A DNA stretch of 63,575 bases, filler included, from Atractiella rhizophila (taxonomy: Eukaryota), in the NCBI GenBank assembly GCA_021432655.1. It is 5 parts of 4 records of this genome, joined end to end, with 100 filler letters (N's around TTAATTAATTAA, not from the genome) between each part and the next. Parts side by side here need not be neighbours in the genome. Positions count along the whole stretch, not along the records: positions 1 to 14,561 come from MU271207.1; positions 14,662 to 29,124 come from MU271208.1; 3 more parts are not named here. One strand, given 5' to 3'. Numbering within the stretch: position 1 is the stretch's first letter; each line of letters starts with the position of its first letter. Below the pieces are notes generated by a model, which saw nothing but the letters and a program-made list of their open reading frames with translations, was not told the origin of the DNA and made no database searches. Of this stretch, positions 13,904 to 25,297 are shown in pieces. The position numbers and the translations under genes were made by a program.

Positions 13904-14561
13904 TATCCTGCGTCCCCTTTTCCCCTTTGGCGAGGACGGCGTGCTGTGAAATATTGCAGTCTTGCCGTCTTGGTTTTTAGGCGCGTGGGGGTTGGTTTGG
14001 TTGTGTGTTGAGATGTGCTTGTGAATGAGGTGGAGTCGGACCTCCGTCATTCTCTCACTCTTCATTCTATCTTTGATGGTCTTTACACGAAATCACGAAA
14101 ACAAAGAGGAAGAAGTGGCACTAACGTCCTCCTGTACAATCCACGGTCTGCAGTCTGCGTTTGTACTGAAGTCAACAAAGCAATTGCCTCTTGCCGCACA
14201 TCACCACAAACACACACACCAGCCAAACATATGATCCAAAATATACGCGATCTTCCGCTTTTGAATTCTCAAAATCATGTGATAACGCTGTTGGGAGCTA
14301 TGGGAGCTAGGAACGAGCTAAAGAGGGAGAAGGACAAAATCAGGCCAAAAGAACGTCTGTCCCTCTCCCCCTCCAGCTCCAGCACTCAAATTCAAAGCAA
14401 CCTCGACGCGTCAAAAGATCACATTAAACCCAACACATTGCCGGAAACCAAAACCACCCAAAAAGGTTTTAAAAAAAAGACATACCTTAAAGCTCCCTCT
14501 ATCAAACATAAGTTTCACGACCCTCCGTCCCCTCCCCTCCCTCCCCTTCCCCTTCCCCTCC

Positions 14562-14661
14562 NNNNNNNNNNNNNNNNNNNNNNNNNNNNNNNNNNNNNNN
14601 NNNNNTTAATTAATTAANNNNNNNNNNNNNNNNNNNNNNNNNNNNNNNNNNNNNNNNNNNN
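14562..14661. other. Artificial contig linker
   Basis: 44 N + TTAATTAATTAA (stops in six frames) + 44 N. Confidence 0.99.
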
Positions 14662-14756
14662 TAACCCTAACCCTAACCCTAACCCTAACCCTAACCCTAA
14701 CCCTAACCCTAACCCTAACCCTAACCCTAACCCTAACCCTAACCCTAACCCTAACC
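14662..14756 (+). repeat. Telomere (TAACCC)15 + TAACC, left chromosome end
   Basis: Perfect C-strand telomeric array at the first base of the contig. Confidence 0.98.
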
Positions 14757-15316
14757 TCTTGTTGGTGGTAACATCAAAGACAAAGCTGCAGAAAGCCGGC
14801 GCAGCACTGCGTGTCTTCATTGGCGGCAAAGAGAGAACGAGTAGAGATCCGGTCGATATTGAACAAAATTTCAATGTGGAAGACTATGCTGTGGTGATCG
14901 TGTAACATCCGCACTGTCTCGATTAAGAAGGAAGTGATTGTTACAATAATGTGTCAAACACTTTCGATCCAGTCAGTAACAATATTCTTTGAGAAAAGCG
15001 TCACATAATTGAGTCGTTAATTTATCATGTGAAGAGGACGGATAAAAGAAGCATAACTTACGCAGAGCAAATGTGTGCGGCTATGCGATCCAATAGGCTA
15101 TGTTGGCCCAATGTTGACAGCCTTGGAATCAGACCGATTATTCTACACTCCCTCCTGAATAATGACACAAACTACTGAGGTATGCTGGTTCTTGCACTAG
15201 GATAAATTTCTAAATGAGAAATCTGCTAACCCGATCTTTATCAGTGCAACACATGTAGTAATGAGTACGTAGCAGCCCATTTCTTTACGTGTTTAGTTCA
15301 AAGGACTGTTGGTGTA

Positions 15317-15800
15317 TGTTGGAAGATGAGGTGGAGACATGAAGCGTGTTGAGGTGTTTGCCGCGTGTTCCGATGCAGACGCAAACATGTGGCACTTCAC
15401 TGCAAGTCTGGTCCTATAAGGAGGCACCTGGGAATCCATTTTTTTCTTTCCCCAATCACATCATAAAACATTTTATTGTGCTCACTTCTGTGTGATTGGG
15501 GATCTTTTAGCCTCAAGCCAAAAATCTTATTTGGTAGCGAGAGCTCGATTATGGTCCGTGAGCATCATACGAAATGGCAACAGAAGGGAGCACAACGACA
15601 ACAGGTTTTACGTCCGGAAGAAGAGACCCGTTTGGGTCAGGAATATCAACACCCAGAACGGAGGACGTCCCACTACTTACAGCTTCGACTGTGGGAGACT
15701 CCGTGTCATCCTCAGCGAAAGTAGCATCCGAAATCAACATTCCAACAGGATCTATTCAGATGATCGTCGCGAATGAAAAGATCCCCCACTTAATCTGTAA
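15317..15800 (+). mobile_element. Decayed Ty1/Copia 5' LTR, PBS-like site and possible gag start
   Basis: Begins TGTTGGAAGAT; shares AAACATGT..CACTTCAC..TATAAGGA and CCCCAATCACA...GTGATTGGGGAT..TTAG with the Copia LTR at 25298-25608; followed by GATTATGGTCC (15547-15557, similar to the Copia GGTTATGRGCC PBS) and ORF 15574. Confidence 0.6.
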
Positions 15801-16125
15801 AACTCAACCAGGTTCTTTCGCTCCCAAAGGTCTATCCTCGACGCGAATAATGTCGGAATACTCTTGGATGGGATTGTGACGGAACCAGTCAGCCCTATGT
15901 ATGTCTCTATGTCTGAGGAAGGGCTGACGGTAATGCAGGTATAAGAGATGATGGTGAGAGGAAGAACCCCAAGAAGTTGCTTCTACCTGTGAACTCGATG
16001 TCAAAACATCACGTAGAAAGAAAGCAGGACGATGACGCCTTCCAAAGCTGGCGCTGATTCTTCAGCAGACGATTGGATCAAGAAGCCTGTTAAACCGTAC
16101 CAGCCCATCATCAGCAAGGAAGATG

Positions 16126-16670
16126 TGTCAGGTTTGCATCTTACGCAAATCGGCGCCTGTTCGCCACTCTGCGTCCCCCGTCGCCACTCTGCGTCCCCCG
16201 TCGCCACTCTGCGTCCCCCGTCGCCACTCTGCGTCCCCCGTCGCCACTCTGCGTCCCCCGTCGCCACTCTGCGTCCCCCGTCGCCACTCTGCGTCCCCCG
16301 TCGCCACTCTGCGTCCCCCGTCGCCTATTTGCACGCAGTGCAAATCGGCGCCTGGTCGCCGTTCGCCCATTTGCGCCTGCATCACCACTTAGCCCATTTG
16401 TGTCTATTCTCCTCTTATTAACTCCGCGTAATCCCACTGTCACTTTCCCCTTTTAGTTCTCTTACATGTTTCATCTGCTCTCCTCTACACCCTGTGGCAG
16501 TGTTATTCCGCTTGTATATATAGATCAGAGAGTAGTGGAGGTGAACTCAGAGTATTCTCTTAGGTTTATCTCCACTACAGGTTAGTCTTCATGTCATATC
16601 ATGCACTTAGGTTTATCACTACTACAGACGCATCACCCGTCGGCGACCGCACATAGTGTCAGCCCTAACA
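16126..16670 (+). mobile_element. Ty3/Gypsy solo LTR with 5-bp target-site duplication AGATG
   Basis: TGTCAGG...GTGTCAGCCCTAACA termini match the full-length element's LTR; AGATG at 16121-16125 and 16671-16675. Confidence 0.95.
16161..16325 (+). repeat. Minisatellite, 8 perfect copies of TCGCCACTCTGCGTCCCCCG, inside solo-LTR U3
   Basis: Directly counted, no spacers. Confidence 0.97.
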
Positions 16671-19410
16671 AGATGCTGACGAGCTTGGGATCTTTTGGGA
16701 ACGCAAGCAAGCTGCAGCCTGCGCGTAACTGGGATTCAGAACAATCTCCTCGATCCGGTACAGGTGCTGCACCAGCTTGTCTGTGACGAAACGGACAATA
16801 CAGTCGTCGCAGCAACACAACTGTCGAGGAGAACCACCGATGTCATACGAAATGATGCGACATTCTACACGAAATCCTATCTGGACACTACGAAATCGAT
16901 TAAGAACCAGACTGGACTCCGCAGGACCACATATCTCCCGAATATCCTTCGTAGGCTCGAGGCAGATTACAAGCTCGGTTCTCTGCCTTGGGAAGACTAA
17001 CTGGATGGCACGTATCTTCGTAACAGCTGTGCTAAGGAATACCAGGGGAAGTTCATACAACAACGAAGATGAGCAGGACTCTGGGGATGCCCAGGAAGGA
17101 GGCTGGACTGTTATGAGAGGAGTGAAGAGGAAGCAGGATGCCGATGGGTTTGTGGGTTCGAGGGAAAAAAGAAATCGAGTGCAGATTTTTGAAGGAGATC
17201 AGGGTAAGCAGCTCTCATTAACGTGAACTTAAAAGGGATTGTACTAAACAGCCCAGTGGAAGGTCTATGAGTACCAGAGAATTTGAAGATGCAGAGCGAG
17301 AAGAGAGCGAGAGCCATCATGCGCACACATCCTTTATGTGTCACAGACCCCACTCTACTGATTCATTTGTTTTCTATCAGGCTGACTTGCCAAATGATCC
17401 ACTCAGGGCAAACACGACTCGGACCAGTCAGGACAAGGTAGTTAAGAAAACCTATCCACCGGGCATCATTAAGGCAGCATCAGTTTGTCCTCTTCTTTTG
17501 GCCATATCGCCTTCTGACAGGATGATAGATGAGCTCAAAGCTATTGTTATCGATGACCGCTGTCTCACTACCCTCAATGTACTCGGCATGTTCGTTGTAG
17601 ATGGAGTACTGCCTCTCTTCCATGCTGATTCCCACACAAACGACAGTGATACGCTTGCCCAAACGACTACGAAACGCCTTCTAGCAGCTATTACATGTGT
17701 GGAATATGATGTCAAGCTTCCAATCAATACTGACGACGAAGAGTACACCTCTGAGGACCTGCGAAACAACGCTCGAGAGGATACACTTGGCCACAACAGC
17801 CTTGGGGAGGAGACCCTGTTCAGCTTGAGGAGATGGGAGAATGTGGGTTCGCAGGAAGCGATTGGAGAGCTGCTGCAAGCTGTGTTAAAGGGTGCAAAGA
17901 TCGCACAACGGTTGTGTCAGCGATGGAGGAAGGACATCCTGATTCGACTCAGGCGGCACCTTTACTTCTGAGCTTTAGCTGCATTGGGAGATTGGCAGAC
18001 AGTATGGTCAAAGCTTGGCTGGATGGAGGTGGGAGCAATGCTGTGACCATGAAGTCTTTTCTTACTCTTGCAAGATGCGATTTAAGCTGATTTGGTACAA
18101 GGATGCACAATCAGCCAAAGAACTCAAGGGAACCATGGTGCCGGCTGAATATTCGAAAGCACTCCAAGATAAGATGCAGCTTCAAGATCGCCTTGCGGAT
18201 TCGATCAAGATTGCAAAAGAGAAGGCTTCCGAAGTCGAACAACGTCAGACTTATCATCCCCCTCCGCACCGCACCGGTTGTGGTCTCCCTTATCCTCCCC
18301 CACATACTTACGGTTCTGCTCCTCCCATTTGTGCCAGCCACGGTTCCCTCCTGCTGAGCATGGACTCAGTCCTGCTCCTCCTCCACGTTGCAATGACGAT
18401 GCTCCTGCACCTGTAGTTGACACCAATCCCATTTCATCCATTCTGTGGAGGCAGGTGGCGCTACCAATCCTTCTCTGGCTCATCTGGATAGTGGTGGTCT
18501 CTTCCCTTTCTACATCCGCTCTGCACCGCTGAAGCTGGAACAGGGGCAAGTGAATGAAGGCACTGTGGGCAAGAATAAGAGAGGGAGGGCAAAGAAGATC
18601 GCTGAGGGTACAGGTGGGCCATCTCCGGATGAAGTTGCGAAGGTGCGTGAGGATGTGGAGAAACTGCGGCCGCTGCTGGACAAGCCGGATTCCATGGCAC
18701 AACTGGTCGAGGCAAAAAAAATGGCGAAGGACAGTGGCTGGAACGCGGATCATTGGAAAAAGATGTTACAACATCAGATAAGCGTTGACTTTCTCCTGGT
18801 TAAGTCCTTACGGCAGTTTAGGAGTATAACAAGGAAGTCATGATTACGAAATTCAATTCCATCGATAGAAGAATAATGGAACTTCTCAGGCTGCTTAAGT
18901 CGGACCAGGACAAAGAGAGTGCTGGTAACAATGCAAGCGGAAGTGGCAGAGGTAGTGGTGTAGATTCTGCAGGGAGGGCAGAGGGGCGACTGCTACGAAG
19001 ACGACGATAATAAGGAGGGATCGAGGAGGATAATGTCATTGAGCGGAGTAGAATGGGGAGGGGCTGGAGACGGATTAGAGTGAACAGGGGCATGTTGGAC
19101 GGATGGCATTGGCATTGTAATTTGAGGATAGGGCAATGTAATGCGATTATCCATTTCAAGAGAAAAATCTAGCAAACCTAGGCAGTGACTGAGACACGAA
19201 TAGAACAGGGCTAGACGCGCACTGGCGAAGCACTGATTCTCGACACTGAGGCAACACTGACAAGGCACACGATGGGCACTAAAAGCACCAAAGGTGCGCA
19301 CTGCTGTGGAGCCAAATTTCGGCCCTAAACCTGCTCTCAGCATGCACTGTTTTAGCTGGTAGTGCCTTGAGTGGCTAGGTCAGCACTAAGCCAGCCCTGC
19401 AAGGTTCCAG

Positions 19411-19910
19411 GGCGCATCATTGGTGGAAGAAGATGAAGGGGGTGCTTACGGAAATGGGATTCACGCAGACTTCAGCAGATGACGGCGTATACATTATGCG
19501 CAGACAGGACGACGTAATCATTTTCTGTCTTCACATTGATGACGGGCTGGTCGTGGACAGCTCTGGATCTCATTGAGAATGTATTCCAACGATTGGAAGA
19601 ATTTTCAGGCTGCAAGCAGGACCGGCATCTGTTTCCTTGGCATACAAATCAAAGGGAGGACGGAGGAAAGCATGTGAAGATACATCAGAAGCGGTATGCC
19701 ACCAAGATTGTCCGTAAATATCTCGGCAATTCCATCTCATCAGTACAGATGCCCTGCGACGCTGGTAGACTACTGTCCCCAGATCTATCACCTATGTCGT
19801 CAGTCGAATAAGAGAGGATGCGGAGTGTACCATACAGAGGCGGTCGGTGCACTTATATACCTCTCTGCATGCACCCATCCTGACATTGCCTATGCAGTGG
19901 GATTCCTCAT
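19411..19910 (+). mobile_element. Ty1/Copia reverse transcriptase fragment, degenerate
   Basis: WWKKMKGVLTEMGF..DDGVYI..FCLHIDDGLVV, HQKRYATKIV, EAVGALIYLSACTHPDIAYAVG, with frameshifts. Confidence 0.85.
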
Positions 19911-21779
19911 GCTGGCTCCAAGGGAGACCAAACATGACTGGAAAGGAAACTTGCACGAAAAAGTGGCGGCACTTACAGAGCTCCAGCTCGCAGTTCTCGA
20001 CGTCACTCCAAGTGGTGCTTCCCTGTCACAGGCTTCCGATGTAAGCACGGCGGAATATCGAGAGGAGTGTGAAGACCGACCACCCGCAACTTCTGGTGTC
20101 AATGTTGAACCCGGAAAAGAGAGACCTGTAGATGTATCAACCGCGAAAACGAAACACTTCAAGTTATTGGCCGAAGATACAGAACTCCAGAGGTTGTGCA
20201 CGCAGGTGAGGGATGAAGATGGGCGGCTGAAGCGTTGACAAAGATGGAAGTCACTATATATTCTACAGCGCTGAGCTTGCTGAGGATCAGGCATGGTGTC
20301 TAGGCTAAGCCAGCTGAAAGATAGAACTCTCTCTTTTTCTCTATACAATCATCCTACAAATGGTTTGCTTTTCCAACGAGATAGAGGGGTGGTGCCAATT
20401 GGGCTATGCACCAAAAATTTCGCTGGCTTTTGAGAATCCCGAAAATGTAAAAGTCGAAAGAGCGAGATATATATTGGATGGCACTTGGAATAGTCCAAAG
20501 AGGCTACCTGGCCCAGCAGGGTCCTAAATGGTACCATGAGTCACACAAACGTGGGACCACGTATTTTGTGATTTAACAGCCCAACTCTGTCCACCTCACC
20601 CTTTCTACAACCCTAGACTCATATAAAGATGTCAGATATGTTGATGGCATTGTAAACTCAAGAGCTGCCATGCTCATCATAGCCGCAGCTATTTGTTAAT
20701 ACAGATTTGATGTGCTCATAGCTCTGGAAAAAGGAGAGGAAGATGTACGAAAGCACCAAGGAGAGTGAAGAGGAGTATATGAACTGTTTGTCAAAACCTA
20801 TCATTAACAGAGCTCGGGAGTTAAGTTAGGATTGTGAACCTGAGATTTGTGTGGTTCACACGTGTTTTCAAAAGTCAAAAGTATGAAAGTGCCACGAACG
20901 GCCCAGACATGGGCCTCTGGCTCGACTTTCGCACTTTCGACTTTTAGATTCAACAGTTGCTATTTACAGGCACTTCAGACTACAGGAACGTGGTATTTGG
21001 GTGGTGATCAAAGTCGACCACTTGCTCCTTTCTCAAAAGCCAGCGATATTTTGAACACCGCTAGTCGTATGCCTTTGCCTTTGCATCAGACAACTCCCAG
21101 ATCTGATTGTCTCCCTGCTCCACAGTCTCTGTGCCTCTCATTCTAGTAATCCATTCTATGAAACTGGACTTCCGTCGTCCGTGGCCTTGTACTGAACAGT
21201 TACATCACAGAGATAGTGCACTTTCACCACATCATCCCTGATTTGCGTGCAGACAGCTAGAATGGCCGCGGTTCGTACCTCGATGGGAACTTCATGACAA
21301 AACACAGCAACTTGGGACATCAGAGCCAATGCCATGTCTGGTTCAGAAACTCTTGCTAGGTGGACGACCACAACTCCATCCATGGAGGATCCTTGAACCT
21401 CAGCTTCTTGCTTGAGGGCCTCTCATCTTCTGACGTAAGGGTCCTGTAGCAACACACCTCAAACCAGTACTTTGTCTTAGGCAAAGGAGAGTAGAACTTT
21501 CTGACGATGTGGTTGTGGGCAACTAGGAATGAGGAACCCAGGAAATCTGACATGGATGTCATCCCTGTTAACCATTGCTGTAATGGTTAACCCTAACCCT
21601 AACCTCACACATTATAGGAGATACTGGAACCTTCTGGAACCTCTTAGAACAATCTAGGACATTACTCTGGAATATGACAGAACAGTCTCTCCAGCAAGCA
21701 CCTTGCCTTCTGCAAGCAAAATGTGCAAAGTGCTTCAGCTGGCCAGAAGAGTAAGTGGCCACCTCAATGAGCCGAACCC

Positions 21780-22380
21780 ATTTTGAGCACCCAACCTTCG
21801 GTTCGCCATGGGAGAAAGAAGTGCTTACCCAGTTGGGTTTCGTACAGTCTACCATAGACGAAGGGGTGTACATTCTGTATGAGGACGGCAACACTCTCAT
21901 TCTCTGTCTCTACGTTGATAATGGACTAGTCGTTGGAAGCTCACACACCCTCATGGATTCCATCTTTCAAAAGTTGGGCGAATTCGTCTCCTTATGGGCT
22001 GGAGCGGTGTCCATGTTCTTGGGAATCCAGATCGAGGCGAAAGATGGATTGAGCATGGCAAAGATACAGCAAGGAGGCTATGCTAGGAAGATAGTGCAGC
22101 AATACCTGGGGGATGACGTATCCCCAGTCCAGATGCCATGCGAATCCAACAAACAACTCTCCCCCGAAATGTCACCCAAATCAGCTAAAGAACGAGAGAG
22201 CATGCGACATATACCTTACTGAGAGGCTGTTGGAGCGCTTATCTATCTTACAACATGCACACGCCCTAATATTGCTTACACCATTTGCGAGGTAACACGT
22301 TACTGTGACAATCCAGGACTAGACCACTGGCACGCAGTTATGTCTCCAGCAGTCTAGATCACGGATTAGTCTATGATGGA
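21780..22380 (+). mobile_element. Ty1/Copia reverse transcriptase fragment, degenerate
   Basis: LGFVQSTIDEGVY..LCLYVDNGLVVG..FLGIQI..PY*EAVGALIYL..TRPNIAY..DHWHAV. Confidence 0.88.
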
Positions 22381-23018
22381 TACATCTTCCCGCAACCATT
22401 ACTGGATGCATGTACTATGCAAACGGGGTGATGAGAGATGTAAACCCGCGAACAGGCACCAATTTGTAAAGGTGCAAACCTGACAAAGAACTTGAAGAAG
22501 ACTTGGATCAAAACTCTCGAAACACAAGACAGCTTCCGCATCAGCAGCTACTCCCAATCCAACAAGAATGGTTGCACCTGCCCCTTGCTTCTGCTCAATT
22601 GCTTTCAACTTTGCAAAACATCTTGTTCAGTTATTATGCATGCCTCCAGATTCTTTCTTCAATCATGTCCAAAGACACACGGTGATTCCTATCTGGACTG
22701 GACGAGCAAATGACTATGTGCTGTCCAGGCAATTGAATCAATCAAGGAGGACAAGTTGGGAGCGGTGGCCTTGAAAGAGGTGTTTGTGGGGGCAATGTGA
22801 ACTACAATTATATTCCAACAGCAGAACACCATCAGATTCTCCAGAAATACCCTTGAATACAGGTTCAGTGGCAACAGGTGCAAATTCCTCGAGCATTGGT
22901 TGGGACGTTGGCCGTCTCAGTTATCGCACACCAACAAATTTCAAGCGTTATGTTGTGGATATTATGTTCCTAAGTGACAGGGTGAGCATTTGAGCTATGA
23001 TGGGCGGACGAGTAAAGA

Positions 23019-23864
23019 TTACCTCTGTTGAAGATCGTGTGTTACGAGCTGGCGCCATTCCTCATTCGTCATGGTCGAGAAGTCCACAGGAGCTGAATCG
23101 CCACGGATCGGAGTACCAAAGCCAACATTGGGCTGCAGAAGAACAGGGTCGTCTTCCGACCACGGCTGGGCCAGCAGTTGGAAGACGGAACCTACCCTGA
23201 CGCTGACCTTGGCTTGAGATGGGCCCGTCGCCTGGATGACAACAGCGGCGAGGAGTTCTAGCGGGATACCGTCCTTCTGCTTTTCGTCCTCGCTCATCCA
23301 GATTTTGACGCAGTTGGGTTTGCGATGTTTCCGGTTTCCCCAGTCATCGCTTTTGATCACGGTTGCGTACTGACGCGCATAGTTACCCTCCTTGCCGAAC
23401 TCGAGCTCAGGACCACCTCCAACTGGGGTTACGCATGCATTTGCCCACAATGCCACCGAGCAGTGCCAGCTGCGGTCCTCGAGCGTGCCTGCCGATTGCA
23501 CCTTTTTGGGGCCGTAGCTCAGGACCACCGGATCGCCATCAGGAGGACCTGTTGGTCTGGACTGAAACTCTATGAGAATCTGAGCCTTCTTAAACCGGGA
23601 GAGTGTGGCATTGGCACTCTGGAACTGGAACCGAAAACCGATCAAGGAGGCTTCCTTTCCCGCCCATTGGCCATACTGAACTTTCGAGAGGCTGCTGATG
23701 ACGCTGAGGTTGGCCAGGTCACGTTGCATAATTTTAGACCGGTTGTAGTCCTCATCATTTTCGTTCTTCTGACCCAGTTCCGATGACGACTCGTCGAGCA
23801 GGAAATCCGCTTGGCGAGAGGAATAGGTTGCCAGGATGTTTTGGAAATCGGCGTTCGTGGCCAT
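23019..23864 (-). CDS. Intact intronless 281-aa hypothetical protein
   Basis: Uninterrupted ORF from MATNADFQ; globular, beta-rich looking sequence (LIGFRFQF..RFKKAQILIEF..DPVVLSYGP..WMSEDEKQKDGIP). Confidence 0.75.
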   Translation of the reverse strand: MATNADFQNILATYSSRQADFLLDESSSELGQKNENDEDYNRSKIMQRDLANLSVISSLSKVQYGQWAGKEASLIGFRFQFQSANATLSRFKKAQILIEFQSRPTGPPDGDPVVLSYGPKKVQSAGTLEDRSWHCSVALWANACVTPVGGGPELEFGKEGNYARQYATVIKSDDWGNRKHRKPNCVKIWMSEDEKQKDGIPLELLAAVVIQATGPSQAKVSVRVGSVFQLLAQPWSEDDPVLLQPNVGFGTPIRGDSAPVDFSTMTNEEWRQLVTHDLQQR

Positions 23865-24108
23865 GATGAGTTTGCGGCCAATGTTGACGAGGTGACTTTG
23901 GTGGAGGATCCCGCAGCTCAGGTTTTTATCTGTTTGGTTTGGCAACGCAGAATGCGAGCAAGCGAAATTCCGCTTCAAGAATGAAAAGATCTAAACAACT
24001 CGACACACGTTAACTCCAATGAAAGGATTAAATATCAATGAATACTGCGCCACATGACCCACTTCACCAACTGCGACAAAAGCATCAAAAGCATCTGATC
24101 TCGAACCT

Positions 24109-25290
24109 CTAACCCTTCTCCCACTTCGCCTCCAACAGTTCCCTACTGAATCCAAGAATAGATTGTCTTATGGCGGTCATCACTTCTTCTATGACGTCCT
24201 TGAATGCCAGCGCAGTCGTGAGTTCGAGATGCTCCACAGTCCTCTCTGATCCAATCACCGACTTTCTGGCCTTAATCCACACTGAAAGTTTGTGGAGCGG
24301 CACTCTATCAAGGTTGGGAGAGGAATCGTCCGCGTTTGTCGGGGGTCATAGTGCCAGGCGCGTAAGAGGCTGTTGTCCACAGAAGAACGTAGATGATTGA
24401 CCCATATCGTCCTGTACTTCATGATCAGGCACAATGCTCTCGAAGAGCCGCATGGACATAAACTCCTCTGTTCCCTATCATGCCGTCAGTAATGTCATTC
24501 GTACTGAACAACCACATTTACAGTTCGCTCATTCACCTCAGATGTGTCCTCTCCCACCTTAGCCAACTCCCAGCCTGAGCCACCAAGGAAACCGCGTCCG
24601 TTCTCGTAAAAAAGAATGGATACATCTCTATGAAGGATCGAAACTTGACCATTGGAGGAATCGAAGTATTTCTGATGATCTAAAGCGGCCAGATGGGTAC
24701 GACCTTGGTGTTGTCGAGAAAATTTACACACCTTCAAGGCATCAGCCAGAGTCTGAGCGAAGCACTTCGTGGATGGGCACTCCCACAGCAGACAGCCGAC
24801 CTCGTCCAAAACCAATCGATAGCGACGGAGAGATTTCTCCCCTGCAGAAGCGAGCTGCAAAATTCCAGGGACATCACTATGGGCGACGGGTTTCAGAACG
24901 TGCGGCACCCCTTTCTCTTTCAACAGCTCGTAAATTTCTCCTTCGGCCTTAGCGTATCCGACGTTGCGCCACGTATCTTTCAAGGAAACTTGCTGTTCTT
25001 CGTCGAGGTCTCCATTTGGATCGAATCCTCGAAAGTACCTCGTGTCGCGACCGACTGGGACGTTATGCTGGGAGGTAAACGGTGTCGAAACGTGACGGTG
25101 ACTGTGAAAGCTGGAGCGACTGGTTGTACGTCGGGGGCGTTACTTTTATTTGATTTGACTTGGGCACTAGACTCGATTGTGGAGAGGTCGGAGCCCTGTG
25201 GAAAGTCCCAACTGGTTTTTGGACAATTACCAGAGCAGGTTCTGTACCTGACTTGAGTCTGGTGAAGTTGCAGAAAACGGGGTGAATCCA
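24109..25290 (-). pseudogene. FunK1 fungal-type protein kinase pseudogene
   Basis: ATRGT, KDTWR..AEGEIYELL..GVPHV, YRLVLDEVG, ILHRDVS (NIL deleted), WELAK, ERT-GT.EFMS, HEVQDD; frameshifts. Confidence 0.85.
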
Positions 25291-25297
25291 GGTAGTT

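Noticed and set aside
14606..14617. Recurring TTAATTAATTAA palindrome
   Set aside because: Always centred in 44+44 N; artificial linker.
14614..14874. ORF with (GL)n repeat, and all X-filled ORFs
   Set aside because: Translations of the telomere or of N runs.
16161..16325. CRISPR-like periodic array
   Set aside because: No spacers, eukaryotic context, no cas genes; it is a minisatellite inside an LTR.
16671..19010. Plus-strand ORF fragments, including a 234-aa ORF
   Set aside because: Likely decayed genes; no motif or reliable gene model.
20870..20945. Degenerate inverted repeat of AAAGTCG units
   Set aside because: Possible transposon relic, but too decayed and without boundaries.
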